Assembly: GCA_944391375.1 (NCBI GenBank) | Contig: CALXTJ010000003.1 | Coordinates: 1-59,878, forward strand | Source: an uncultured Alphaproteobacteria bacterium | Lineage (GTDB): Bacteria; Pseudomonadota; Alphaproteobacteria; RF32; CAG-239 | DNA: 59,878 nt | Reading direction: 5' to 3' | In this document: positions 47,712 to 57,538 of the stretch, one piece after another | Position numbering within the stretch: position 1 is the first letter of the stretch | Layout of the letters: every line of letters starts with the position of its first letter | The notes under the pieces: generated by a model | Seen by the model: the letters and a program-made list of their open reading frames with translations, nothing else | Database searches by the model: none | What the model was told of the DNA's origin: nothing | Made by a program: the position numbers and the translations under genes

Positions 47712-48110
47712 CTTTTTATCCTATATCAAACACTTATATAACTTATACACATATAATCCTTACCTTGTGTATAACTATTATATATTTTTCATAACTTATA
47801 ATTTAATGCTCGTTTTGTAAAAACATTTAACTAAACTTATTAACATGTTATTAACTTTTATCAACACTTGTTAGTTTTGTTAATTATAAAAGTTATTAAC
47901 AAGAAGTTAATTTTTACTAACTCTATGAATCTAAAAAATATTAACGAATTATTAAAATTTTTATTAACAACTCATTAACCTTTGGGATATCTCTGTGCAT
48001 AAAAAATAATACACAATCATCACAGCCATATACAAATAACTACTATTATTTTTTTAAATTTAATTGGGTGGTTCGGATTGTGCATAAATGCGGCTAAATT
48101 AAAAGTTGAC
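47712..48110. promoter_or_regulatory. Probable chromosomal replication origin (oriC)
   Basis: DnaA boxes TTATACACA 47743, TGTGTATAA 47766, TGTGCATAA 47994 and 48079; TTAA-N7-TTAA CtrA boxes at 47840, 47896, 47941, 47964; very AT-rich; near parAB/parS. Confidence 0.85.
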
Positions 48111-48186
48111 TTTTTATGCCTTTATTATATATATAAATCAGTTGCGTTCGCAACTTTCGTTTTAATTTTTCACACATAAGGTTAAT

Positions 48187-49440
48187 ATGCATATTAAAGA
48201 ATTAAAAGATAAGTCTCCTAAAGAGCTTTTGACTTGGGCAGAAGATTTAGGTGTTGAAGATGCTTCTTCCATGCGTGTTCAGGATTTGATTTTTGCCATT
48301 ATGAAAAAAATAGCCTCCGAAGATAATGTTATCTACGGTGACGGGGTTATTGAAGTTTTGCAAGACGGTTTTGGTTTTTTACGCTCTTCAAAATCTAATT
48401 ATCTGGCCAGTCCCGATGATATTTATGTATCACCGGCTCAGGTTAAAAAATTCGGACTTCGTACCGGTGATACGGTTGAAGGTGAAATAAGAGCCCCGAA
48501 AGATAATGAAAGATATTTTGCTCTTACCAAAATTAACGCCATTAACTTTGAAGATCCCGAAAAGTCTAAATTACGTGTTAATTTTGATAACTTAACCCCT
48601 TTATATCCTACGCAAAAGCTTAATTTTGACATTATTTGCGGAGAAAAAGACTATACTACACGGGTAATTGATTTAATTGCTCCTCAAGGTAAAGGACAAC
48701 GCGGACTTATCGTAGCTCCGCCGCGTACCGGTAAAACCGTTATGTTGCAAAATATTGCTCATGCAATTGCCGTTAATCATCCCGAAGTCTACTTGATGGT
48801 ACTTTTAATTGATGAGCGTCCCGAAGAGGTTACCGATATGACTCGTTCGGTTAAAGGTGAGGTTATTTCCTCAACCTTTGATGAACCGGCAACTCGTCAT
48901 GTTCAGGTGGCAGAACTTGTTATTGAAAAAGCTAAACGCTTGGTGGAAACCAAAAAAGATGTAGTTATCTTGCTTGATTCCATCACTCGTTTAGGTCGTG
49001 CTTACAATGCCGTTGTGCCCTCTTCCGGTAAAGTATTAACCGGTGGTGTTGATGCTAATGCCTTACAGCGTCCGAAGCGTCTGCTCGGTGCGGCTCGTAA
49101 TGTTGAAGAAGGCGGTTCTTTAACCATTATTGCTACCGCCCTGATTGATACCGGCTCGCGTATGGATGAGGTTATTTTTGAAGAATTTAAAGGTACAGGT
49201 AACTCCGAAATTATCTTGGATAGAAAGCTTACCGATAAACGCTTATTCCCCACAATTGACATTACTCGTTCCGGAACTCGTAAGGAAGAATTGCTGGTGG
49301 ATAAAAATACACTCTCCAAAATGTGGGTTCTGCGTCGCGTCTTGATGCAGATGGGTGTGACCGACGGTATGGAATTCTTACTGGAAAAACTCAGATTATC
49401 CAAAGATAATCAAGACTTTTTCAATAATATGAATAGCTGA
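48187..49440 (+). CDS. rho: Transcription termination factor Rho
   Basis: [39 protein letters not shown]. Confidence 0.98.
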   Translation: MHIKELKDKSPKELLTWAEDLGVEDASSMRVQDLIFAIMKKIASEDNVIYGDGVIEVLQDGFGFLRSSKSNYLASPDDIYVSPAQVKKFGLRTGDTVEGEIRAPKDNERYFALTKINAINFEDPEKSKLRVNFDNLTPLYPTQKLNFDIICGEKDYTTRVIDLIAPQGKGQRGLIVAPPRTGKTVMLQNIAHAIAVNHPEVYLMVLLIDERPEEVTDMTRSVKGEVISSTFDEPATRHVQVAELVIEKAKRLVETKKDVVILLDSITRLGRAYNAVVPSSGKVLTGGVDANALQRPKRLLGAARNVEEGGSLTIIATALIDTGSRMDEVIFEEFKGTGNSEIILDRKLTDKRLFPTIDITRSGTRKEELLVDKNTLSKMWVLRRVLMQMGVTDGMEFLLEKLRLSKDNQDFFNNMNS

Positions 49441-49470
49441 TAAAAATTAAGTATATCTTGTAAAAAGCTG

Positions 49471-49499
49471 TTGAGAATCGTGGGGGATTTTTCTATACT
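49471..49499 (+). promoter_or_regulatory. Putative dnaE promoter with overlapping GANTC
   Basis: TTGAGA-N17-TATACT; GAATC overlaps the end of the -35 box. Confidence 0.5.
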
Positions 49500-49532
49500 T
49501 AACCCGTTATGAAAGGTAATCGGTGCTAAGTT

Positions 49533-52500
49533 ATGAAAAATCCCCAATTTGTACATCTTCGTGTTCATACAGCTTACTCCCTCTCCGAGGGTGCAATTAA
49601 AATTGCCGACTTAATTCATAACCTACACAATAAAAATATACCGGCCATAGCCGTTACCGATACCGCTAATATGTTCGGGGCTAAGGCTTTTTCTAAATAC
49701 GCTTCCGAAGAGGGAATTAAACCGATTTTAGGGTGTATGTTTTTTGTAAGAAATCCTGATGCCGATAATCCTCTTAAAACTAAGGGCAAAGAAGTCCAAA
49801 GAGATAAACTGATTTTGCTCGTGATGAATAAAATCGGTTATGAAAATATTATGAAACTGATGAAAAGGTTTTATCTGGATAATACCGCAAACGGCGATGA
49901 TCCACAACTTAAATATACCGATTTGGAAGAGTTTAATGAAGGTTTGATTGCCCTTACTGCCGGAGTTGACGGACCTATCGGACGCTTATTGCTTGAAAAT
50001 AGAAAAACGGAAGCAGATGAACTTACACAAAAACTTTTGAGCATATTTAAAGACCGTTTGTATATGGAAATTTCCCGAATCGGCTTGGATGCAGAAAAAC
50101 AAACCGAAGATGATTTTATTGATTTGGCTTATAAATATAATATTCCGTTAGTGGCTACCAACGAGGCATTTTTTATGGATGCTGATATGTACGAAGCTCA
50201 TGATGCTTTGGTTTGTGTTGCTGCCGGTGAATATGTTGCCAATGAGAAAAGAAAACATTTTTCCCCAAATAATCGTTTGCGTTCCGAAGCGGAAATGGTT
50301 GAATTGTTCAAAGATTTGCCGGAAGCTTTGGATAATACCGTTAAAATTGCTAAAAAATGCAACTTTTTATCAACAAAAGTTAAACCTCTGCTGCCCATTT
50401 TTGAGTGTCCGGACGGTAAAACTCAAGATGAATTTATTACCGAAGAAGCTCACAAGGGTTTAGCCGAACGCATGGCTAAACATGTGTATTTTGAAGGTAT
50501 GACCGAAGAACAAAAACAGGAAATTGATAAAAAATATTATGATCGTCTGGAATATGAGCTTAGCGTTATTAAAAGAATGGGATTTCCGGGATATTTTCTT
50601 ATCGTATCGGATTTTATCAGATGGTCAAAAACACATGGCGTGCCGGTCGGACCGGGCAGAGGTTCAGGTGCCGGCTCAATTGTTGCTTGGTCATTAAAAA
50701 TTACCGAACTTGATCCGATTAAGTTAGATTTACTGTTTGAAAGATTTTTAAATCCTGACCGCGTTAATATGCCCGATTTTGATGTGGATTTTTGCCAGGA
50801 GAATCGTTACAAAACCATTGAATATGTACAAAATAAATACGGGTTTGACCATGTGGCACAAATTATTACTTACGGTAAACTTCAATCTAAAGCCGTAATA
50901 CGCGATGTGGCCAGAGTCTTGCAAATGCCCTATTCTCAGGCAGATAAAATTTCTAAAATGATACCTAATCCGGTGCAGGGAAAAAATGTATCTTTGCAAG
51001 AAGCATTAGATACCGTGCCGGAACTTGAGGAAATGCGTAAAAACGATCCGCAGGTTAATAAACTTTTTGATATTGCCATGAAGCTTGAAGGGCTTTATCG
51101 TCATTCAGGTGTCCATGCCGCCGGCGTGGTAATCGGTGACAGGCCTCTTGATCAACTTGTTCCTCTTTATAAAGATCCTAGAGCCGATATGCCGGTTACT
51201 CAATATGATATGAAATATGTTGAGGAAACCGGACTTATTAAGTTTGACTTTTTGGGCTTGAAAACATTAACGGTAATCAAAAAAGCCGTAGATTGGATTA
51301 AAATAGTTAGAGGAATTGATTTAGATATTGATTCAATACCTTTGGATGATAAACCAACCTATGAGTTGATGCAAAGAGGTGATACGGCGGCCGTTTTCCA
51401 GTTTGAATCAGCCGGCATGAAAGATGTTCATAAACAAATTAAACCCGACCGCTTTGAGGATTTAATAGCTATCGTTTCATTATACCGTCCGGGGCCGATG
51501 GATAATATTCCAACCTATATTAAACGCAAACACGGTGAGGAAGAAATTACCTACCTACACCCCAGTTTAGCCCCCATTTTGGATGAAACTTACGGAATTA
51601 TGGTTTATCAGGAACAGGTTATGAATATTGCCAGAGCTCTCGGCGGTTATACCATGGGTGAAGCTGATAAACTTCGTAAGGTTATGGGTAAAAAACAACG
51701 AGAAGAAATCCCCAAGCAACGAGAAAAATTTACCAAAGGGGCTATTGCTAACGGTATTGCCGAAGATGTCGCTAAAAGCATTTTTGATCAAATGGAAAAG
51801 TTTGCTTCTTACGGATTTAATAAGTCTCACGCGGCCGCTTATTCCTTGATATCTTATCAAACCGCTTACTTAAAAGCTCATTATCCGGTTGAATTTATGT
51901 GTGCGGTTATGGATTTGGATATTACCAATGCCGATAAATTAGCCTTTTTCGTCAGTGAGTGCAAAGCTTCCGGAATGGATATTTTAAAGCCGGATATTAA
52001 CTATTCTAATGCCGATTTTAAAGTTGAAGACGGTAAAATTCGTTATGCCCTCGGTGCCGTTAAAGGCGTTGGTACAACCTATATGCAAGGTATTGTTGAA
52101 GAACGGCAAAAAAACGGACTGTTTAAGGATATGTCGGATTTTTGCCACAGAGTTGATTTTAAATATGTTAATCGTAAACAACTTGAGCAACTTATTAAAG
52201 CCGGTGTTTTTGATTGTTTGGAACCTAATCGGGCAAAATTGTTGGAAAATATTCCGACTATTATGCAAAATGTTTATACTTCTACCGAAGTTAAGGTAAG
52301 TGAACAAAAATCACTATTCGGGGAACAGGAATTGGTAAGCATCGTAAAATTTAAAGAAGTTCCCGAATGGCCTAATTTGGAAAAATTAAGATACGAATCC
52401 GAAGCTATCGGCTTTTATTTGTCGGCACATCCTTTGGATGCTTATAAAAAAAGTATGTTAAAATTAGGCGTTAAAAATTGTTCGGATATTTTGCAAAATA

Positions 52501-53003
52501 TTAAAACCGGCGACAGTATTAAGGCTAATGTTGCCGCCTGTGTGGAAAGTTTTAATAAAAGATTGAGTAAATCCGGAAATAAGTATGCTTTTGTAGGGTT
52601 ATCCGATACTTCAGGTGCTTTTGAGGCTCTGTTGTTTTCCGACGGAATTGCTAAATATGAAAATGTTCTAACCCAAAAGGTTCCGGTTTTGGTAAAACTT
52701 ACCATTGACCAACAAAATGAAGATGCTCATCCGCGGATTATGATTAACTCGGTTAAAACTCTGGATGAGGCTATTGCCGAACAGGCTAAAGGTTTGATTA
52801 TTACCATAAGCAGTATTGAGGCGGTTACAAAAGTTAAAGAAATTTTAGGACAAGATAAACAGGGGGCATGCAAGGTTTATATTATACCCGATATCCCGGA
52901 TTGGGATGTAAGAATTGATTTGGAAAAAGGTTATGCTTTTTATAATACCGGCATGATAACCATGTTGCAAAGTATTCCCGGAGTTAAAGTGGAGGAATTT
53001 TAA
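49533..53003 (+). CDS. dnaE: DNA polymerase III alpha subunit
   Basis: PHP domain HLRVHTAYS, GRGSGAGS, MPDFDVDF, KFDFLGL, YGFNKSH. Confidence 0.98.
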   Translation: MKNPQFVHLRVHTAYSLSEGAIKIADLIHNLHNKNIPAIAVTDTANMFGAKAFSKYASEEGIKPILGCMFFVRNPDADNPLKTKGKEVQRDKLILLVMNKIGYENIMKLMKRFYLDNTANGDDPQLKYTDLEEFNEGLIALTAGVDGPIGRLLLENRKTEADELTQKLLSIFKDRLYMEISRIGLDAEKQTEDDFIDLAYKYNIPLVATNEAFFMDADMYEAHDALVCVAAGEYVANEKRKHFSPNNRLRSEAEMVELFKDLPEALDNTVKIAKKCNFLSTKVKPLLPIFECPDGKTQDEFITEEAHKGLAERMAKHVYFEGMTEEQKQEIDKKYYDRLEYELSVIKRMGFPGYFLIVSDFIRWSKTHGVPVGPGRGSGAGSIVAWSLKITELDPIKLDLLFERFLNPDRVNMPDFDVDFCQENRYKTIEYVQNKYGFDHVAQIITYGKLQSKAVIRDVARVLQMPYSQADKISKMIPNPVQGKNVSLQEALDTVPELEEMRKNDPQVNKLFDIAMKLEGLYRHSGVHAAGVVIGDRPLDQLVPLYKDPRADMPVTQYDMKYVEETGLIKFDFLGLKTLTVIKKAVDWIKIVRGIDLDIDSIPLDDKPTYELMQRGDTAAVFQFESAGMKDVHKQIKPDRFEDLIAIVSLYRPGPMDNIPTYIKRKHGEEEITYLHPSLAPILDETYGIMVYQEQVMNIARALGGYTMGEADKLRKVMGKKQREEIPKQREKFTKGAIANGIAEDVAKSIFDQMEKFASYGFNKSHAAAYSLISYQTAYLKAHYPVEFMCAVMDLDITNADKLAFFVSECKASGMDILKPDINYSNADFKVEDGKIRYALGAVKGVGTTYMQGIVEERQKNGLFKDMSDFCHRVDFKYVNRKQLEQLIKAGVFDCLEPNRAKLLENIPTIMQNVYTSTEVKVSEQKSLFGEQELVSIVKFKEVPEWPNLEKLRYESEAIGFYLSAHPLDAYKKSMLKLGVKNCSDILQNIKTGDSIKANVAACVESFNKRLSKSGNKYAFVGLSDTSGAFEALLFSDGIAKYENVLTQKVPVLVKLTIDQQNEDAHPRIMINSVKTLDEAIAEQAKGLIITISSIEAVTKVKEILGQDKQGACKVYIIPDIPDWDVRIDLEKGYAFYNTGMITMLQSIPGVKVEEF

Positions 53004-53004
53004 T

Positions 53005-53811
53005 ATGACCGAACAGGAAATAAAAGAAAATATTAAAACATATTCCGTCATTAAATCTATTATCAGGCCTTTGTGGTATATGTCGGAAAATATCAATATG
53101 TTTATTAAATTATCTTCCGTTTTTGTGGTGCTGCTTACCATACTTGCTTACTTGTTCGGAAAAACTTATTTTTGTGCTTTTCCCAATCCGTTAACTAATG
53201 CTTTGTCTTGTGATATAAGCCCCTTATATATCTATCTTATATACTTATTATGTAAAATTATATTGATGGTGTTTTTTATGCAAATATGGCTTGGTACGGC
53301 TTTGGAAAAACAATTACTCAATAAGGAAAATATACTTAATAACCGATATCTGTACTTAAAATCTGTTGGTTGGTTTTTTATATTTTTAATATTGAATTCT
53401 CTTCCCGTTATATCCGGCTTATTGTTACTGTTTAGGGTTCCCAATCCGGTATGGCAGATTGAACTTATATATTTTACAGTTGTGTCAATCGGATTTATTG
53501 TGCCTTTTATTATGATGAGGATTTATGCCGTGTTTGCCGATTTGTTAAACGCAAAAGGCTTTGTTAATCTTAAAAAAGTCTGGAAAAACACCGCAGGATG
53601 CGGGCTCAAAATTGTTTTTTCGGTAGCAGTTTTCTTTTTTGGAGTTTTGTTGTTGTTTTTAATAATGCAATCGGCACTTAATAATAGTACCGCCCCTTAT
53701 CCGGAAATATATAATCTGCTGGCGGAGATAATCTTTAATTTTGTTATGTTGTTTATTTGTGCTTTATTTATAAACTTTATTAAAGTCCAAAACGAAATGT
53801 TGGTAAGGTAA
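53005..53811 (+). CDS. Multi-pass membrane protein of unknown function
   Basis: About six hydrophobic segments; 1-bp gap after dnaE. Confidence 0.7.
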   Translation: MTEQEIKENIKTYSVIKSIIRPLWYMSENINMFIKLSSVFVVLLTILAYLFGKTYFCAFPNPLTNALSCDISPLYIYLIYLLCKIILMVFFMQIWLGTALEKQLLNKENILNNRYLYLKSVGWFFIFLILNSLPVISGLLLLFRVPNPVWQIELIYFTVVSIGFIVPFIMMRIYAVFADLLNAKGFVNLKKVWKNTAGCGLKIVFSVAVFFFGVLLLFLIMQSALNNSTAPYPEIYNLLAEIIFNFVMLFICALFINFIKVQNEMLVR

Positions 53812-53848
53812 AAAACGCCCCTTTGTATTTTTTATACAAAGGGGTTTT
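53811..53848. terminator. Bidirectional terminator-like hairpin
   Basis: CCCCTTTGTAT/ATACAAAGGGG with A and T flanks. Confidence 0.7.
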
Positions 53849-53851
53849 GAA

Positions 53852-54082
53852 CTACCGTATATTTAGCGAATCGTTAAAATGTTTGGCATTTTTAAATGCC
53901 AGGCAGGAACATTCGTTATCTTTATTAAGTGCTGCTTCACAGTAAGGACAACAAGGAATTCCTTTTATTTCAAAGCGGGTAGGGAGCTTTCCTTCGTAGG
54001 GCAGGAAAATACAGGCCGGCCTACCGTCTTTTAATTTAATTTCCGTAATGTTTTGCGGAAGATTGTAGATATCGGTAAACAT
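53852..54082 (-). CDS. Small protein with possible zinc ribbon
   Basis: CPYC...CSC; 76 aa ending at a terminator. Confidence 0.55.
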   Translation of the reverse strand: MFTDIYNLPQNITEIKLKDGRPACIFLPYEGKLPTRFEIKGIPCCPYCEAALNKDNECSCLAFKNAKHFNDSLNIR

Positions 54083-54278
54083 ATACTTAAAGATTAAAAA
54101 TGAAATACAATAATATATAATTGCCTAAAGTGTATACTCTATAAGGAAGATGTAAAGCGTTACAGTGGGGAAAATCACATATTTTTTATTTGCTTGATTG
54201 CATTTTTGTGTTGTTTTTTTTAACAGATTTGTTAATCTGACTAACCGCAGAAAAGTCAAACTGATTAGGATATTGAAA

Positions 54279-55568
54279 ATGCTTGATATTAAATTTATCG
54301 TAGACAATGCCGATATGGTAAAAGAGGGTATTGCCAAAAAGGGTTATACCAAAGATGATTTGGATATAGATGAGTTAATTGCTCTTTATAAAGATATAAA
54401 CAAACTTAAAACATCTTCTCAGGCGTTGGCCGAAGAAAAAAATAAATTAAGCAACTCAATAAAATCAGCATCAAACGAAGAGCGTCCGGCAATTATTGCC
54501 AAAAGTAAGGCTTTGGGCGAAGAATTAAAAGCCGAACAGGAAAAACTGAGTATAGAACAGGAAAAATTTAATTTAATAATGCTGAAAATGCCGAACTTGC
54601 CTTCTCCGGAAAGTCCGGTCGGTCCGGATGACAGTGCCAATGTGGTTCGTCGTAAGGTTGGCGAAATTCCCCATTTTGATTTTCCGATACGCGATCATGT
54701 GGAATTGATGGAGTTAAATGATTGGTCGGAAATGGAACGAATCGCCAAAGTTTCCGGTTCACGCACTTATGCCATTAAAAACGATTTGGCAAAATTGGAA
54801 CTGGCTATGCATATGATGGTTTTGGATAAATTGCGTGATAACGGATTTACGGTTATTACCGTTCCTTCCATATCTAAAGAGAAACCGTTGTATGGGCAGG
54901 GGTATTTACCGTTTTCCAGAGATGAAGTTTATTATTTGCAACAAGATGATATTTATCTGTCGGGTACCGCAGAGTTAATTTTAAATTCTTTACGGGCCGA
55001 TGAAATTTTGCAGGAAAACGAATTGCCGATTTTATATGCCGGATTTTCGCCGTGTTTTCGTCGTGAAGCCGGTGCCGCCGGAAAAGATACCAGAGGTCTT
55101 GTCAGAGTTCACCAATTTATGAAAACCGAACAATTCGTTATTTGTAAAAACGATATCAACGAAAGTGAAAAATGGCATAAAAAGCTGTTGCAAATTTCCG
55201 AAGAAGTTTTGCAAGATTTAGAATTACCTTATCAGGTTTTGGAAGTTTGCACCGGCGATATGGGGGCTCCCAAATATCGTCAATATGATTTGGAAGCTTG
55301 GGTTCCGAGCCAAAATTGCTATCGGGAAACGCATTCCTGTTCCAACATTACCGAATGGCAGGCCAGAAGAACAAACCTGCGTTATCGGGATAATGCCGAC
55401 GGAAAAGTTAAGTTTGCACATACGCTTAACAATACCGGAATTGCTACCCCCAGAGCTTTGGTGCCGTTTATGGAAAATCATCAAAATGCCGACGGAACGG
55501 TTAATATTCCGGCTAAATTGCAGCCGTATATGGGTGGTAAAAAAATTATCGGTAAAAACTGTAAATAA
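54279..55568 (+). CDS. serS: Serine--tRNA ligase
   Basis: N-terminal coiled coil, GTAE, FRREAG, RVHQF, HTLNNT; start taken at MLDIKF. Confidence 0.97.
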   Translation: MLDIKFIVDNADMVKEGIAKKGYTKDDLDIDELIALYKDINKLKTSSQALAEEKNKLSNSIKSASNEERPAIIAKSKALGEELKAEQEKLSIEQEKFNLIMLKMPNLPSPESPVGPDDSANVVRRKVGEIPHFDFPIRDHVELMELNDWSEMERIAKVSGSRTYAIKNDLAKLELAMHMMVLDKLRDNGFTVITVPSISKEKPLYGQGYLPFSRDEVYYLQQDDIYLSGTAELILNSLRADEILQENELPILYAGFSPCFRREAGAAGKDTRGLVRVHQFMKTEQFVICKNDINESEKWHKKLLQISEEVLQDLELPYQVLEVCTGDMGAPKYRQYDLEAWVPSQNCYRETHSCSNITEWQARRTNLRYRDNADGKVKFAHTLNNTGIATPRALVPFMENHQNADGTVNIPAKLQPYMGGKKIIGKNCK

Positions 55569-55619
55569 TTTTAAGGGCGGTTATATTACAATATCCGCCC
55601 TATATTTTAAGGAAAAGTA

Positions 55620-56303
55620 ATGATTGAACCGAAATTGAACATTAAACATTTGCAAGTTGCGGTTTTTGATTGGGATAATACTTTGGCAGAAAGCCGCACG
55701 GCTTTGCTGTTTGCTATAGGTAGGGTTTTGCAAGAGTATAAATTGCCGGAATGGGATGTGGTTAAAAACTTAAGAGATGCTAATTTATCTTTTAAAGATA
55801 ATTTTCCGAAAATATTCGGTGAAAAATCCGAAGAAGCTTACCGAAAATATGCCGATATATACTTAAAAAATGTTTCCGGTTTAATAAAATCTTTTCCTAA
55901 AGTACGGGAAGTTTTAGATTTTTTTACCGAGCATAATATTCCGATTATGATTATGACCAATAAAGATAGAAAGCTTTTGGAATATGAATTGCCGTTATTG
56001 TTTAAACCGCAGACTTTTGCCAACATTGTTTGCGGACACGAGGCAAAAGCCGATAAGCCGCATAAAGAACATTTACTTTATACCGTAAAAAATATTATAG
56101 GAGCCGATAAAATTACTCCGCAAAAAGTATGGGTAATAGGTGATAGTCCGCAAGACAGCACTTGTGCCAAACAGGCTGGTGCTTTGGCTATTCGTATCGG
56201 AAAGGCCATTTGGGCCGATAATGATGATGACAGAGAGGGTATTTTGTTTTTTGATTCGTTTGTGGATTTTTATCAAACTTTGCTTTTATCTAATCCGAAA
56301 TAG
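55620..56303 (+). CDS. HAD-superfamily hydrolase (phosphoglycolate phosphatase-like)
   Basis: FDWDNTL, TNK, KP, IGDS. Confidence 0.9.
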   Translation: MIEPKLNIKHLQVAVFDWDNTLAESRTALLFAIGRVLQEYKLPEWDVVKNLRDANLSFKDNFPKIFGEKSEEAYRKYADIYLKNVSGLIKSFPKVREVLDFFTEHNIPIMIMTNKDRKLLEYELPLLFKPQTFANIVCGHEAKADKPHKEHLLYTVKNIIGADKITPQKVWVIGDSPQDSTCAKQAGALAIRIGKAIWADNDDDREGILFFDSFVDFYQTLLLSNPK

Positions 56304-56344
56304 GTTCACAATATCGGCAGTAACTTTTTGATTTTGGGAATATT

Positions 56345-57538
56345 ATGGCTCTTAATAACCGATATCAGTTGTGGGTAAGTATGGCTAAAAAAACGGCTTT
56401 GATAATTGCCGTTATGATTTTGCTGGCTTTTAATATTTGTGTATTTATTCGGTATGCCGAAACCAATGAAGAATTTGTAAAAGACTATCAATCGCCGCAA
56501 GACGCATTAAAAGATTATAGGCAACCGTTGCCGGCCGCAATGTATTTTACGGGGAATCGTAAATATCACAATGTATATCCGGTTATGATGATACTTACCG
56601 ATAATCAACGGATTTTTCAAAAAACGGCTTCCCAAGAATTAAAAAACAGATTGCAAAAATATAAAAATACTAAAAACGGTGTTATACTTGCTAAAAAAGA
56701 TGATTATAGTTTTGCTAAAGAGCTTAATGATAAAATTTTTCATGATTACGAAGTTATACTTTATGATAAAAAATCCTCCGTACAACAACTGGTTAATGAA
56801 TCTAATATATTTATTAAAAATAAGAAGATGGTAGTGTGGGTAACCGGCCTGGATACATCTAATTCGGACCAAGGTTTGGAAGCGGCCGAGCAAATTGCCA
56901 CAAGTATGAAAATGCGTCCTTATGTTTTTAATTTAACGGCAGATATTCCGCAAGATATATTGCAGAAGCCATCGTTTACAAAATCCATTACATTGCAAGA
57001 ACAGTATAATAGTTTGGAACAATTTAAAAAAGATTATGGTTCAGCCTTACAAAAGCTTATTAAACAAGTGTTGCGGGGAAATTATAAAATGCCGGAATAT
57101 TCGGCGGATAGTAAGCATTTGTTTGATAAAGGCAACGTTTTTGTTGCGGTAAAAAATTTAGACGAAGAACAAACCGTTTATTTTGGTGATTTATTTGCCA
57201 AAGATGCTGTGGCACGCAGTTTGATTGATAATCTTAAACGAGCGTCTTTGCAGTACTTGAAAGGTAAATATAAAGTTTTTTTGGTAACCGGAGCAACCGA
57301 AAAGCAATATAAAAAAGAAAGTGAGTTGTCAGAAAATTTAATTCCCGGCCAAGACGGAATTATGATAATGAGCGGTTATCGGCAAGCGGTATTTTTGCCG
57401 TGCATGTGGAAAATTTATCCGCAGGTTGAGGAGTTTGTTAAGCATTTAAAAATCAAAGCGGGGTTAAATCCTGATTATTGGTCGGAAGAAATAAAAATAT
57501 ATCATTTCAGAGCGGTGGAGATTGAATATGAAAATTAA
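56345..57538 (+). CDS. Membrane-anchored protein with C-terminal AMMECR1-like domain
   Basis: DGIMI...AVFLPCMW...FVKHLKIKAGL C-terminus; N-terminal TM. Confidence 0.65.
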   Translation: MALNNRYQLWVSMAKKTALIIAVMILLAFNICVFIRYAETNEEFVKDYQSPQDALKDYRQPLPAAMYFTGNRKYHNVYPVMMILTDNQRIFQKTASQELKNRLQKYKNTKNGVILAKKDDYSFAKELNDKIFHDYEVILYDKKSSVQQLVNESNIFIKNKKMVVWVTGLDTSNSDQGLEAAEQIATSMKMRPYVFNLTADIPQDILQKPSFTKSITLQEQYNSLEQFKKDYGSALQKLIKQVLRGNYKMPEYSADSKHLFDKGNVFVAVKNLDEEQTVYFGDLFAKDAVARSLIDNLKRASLQYLKGKYKVFLVTGATEKQYKKESELSENLIPGQDGIMIMSGYRQAVFLPCMWKIYPQVEEFVKHLKIKAGLNPDYWSEEIKIYHFRAVEIEYEN

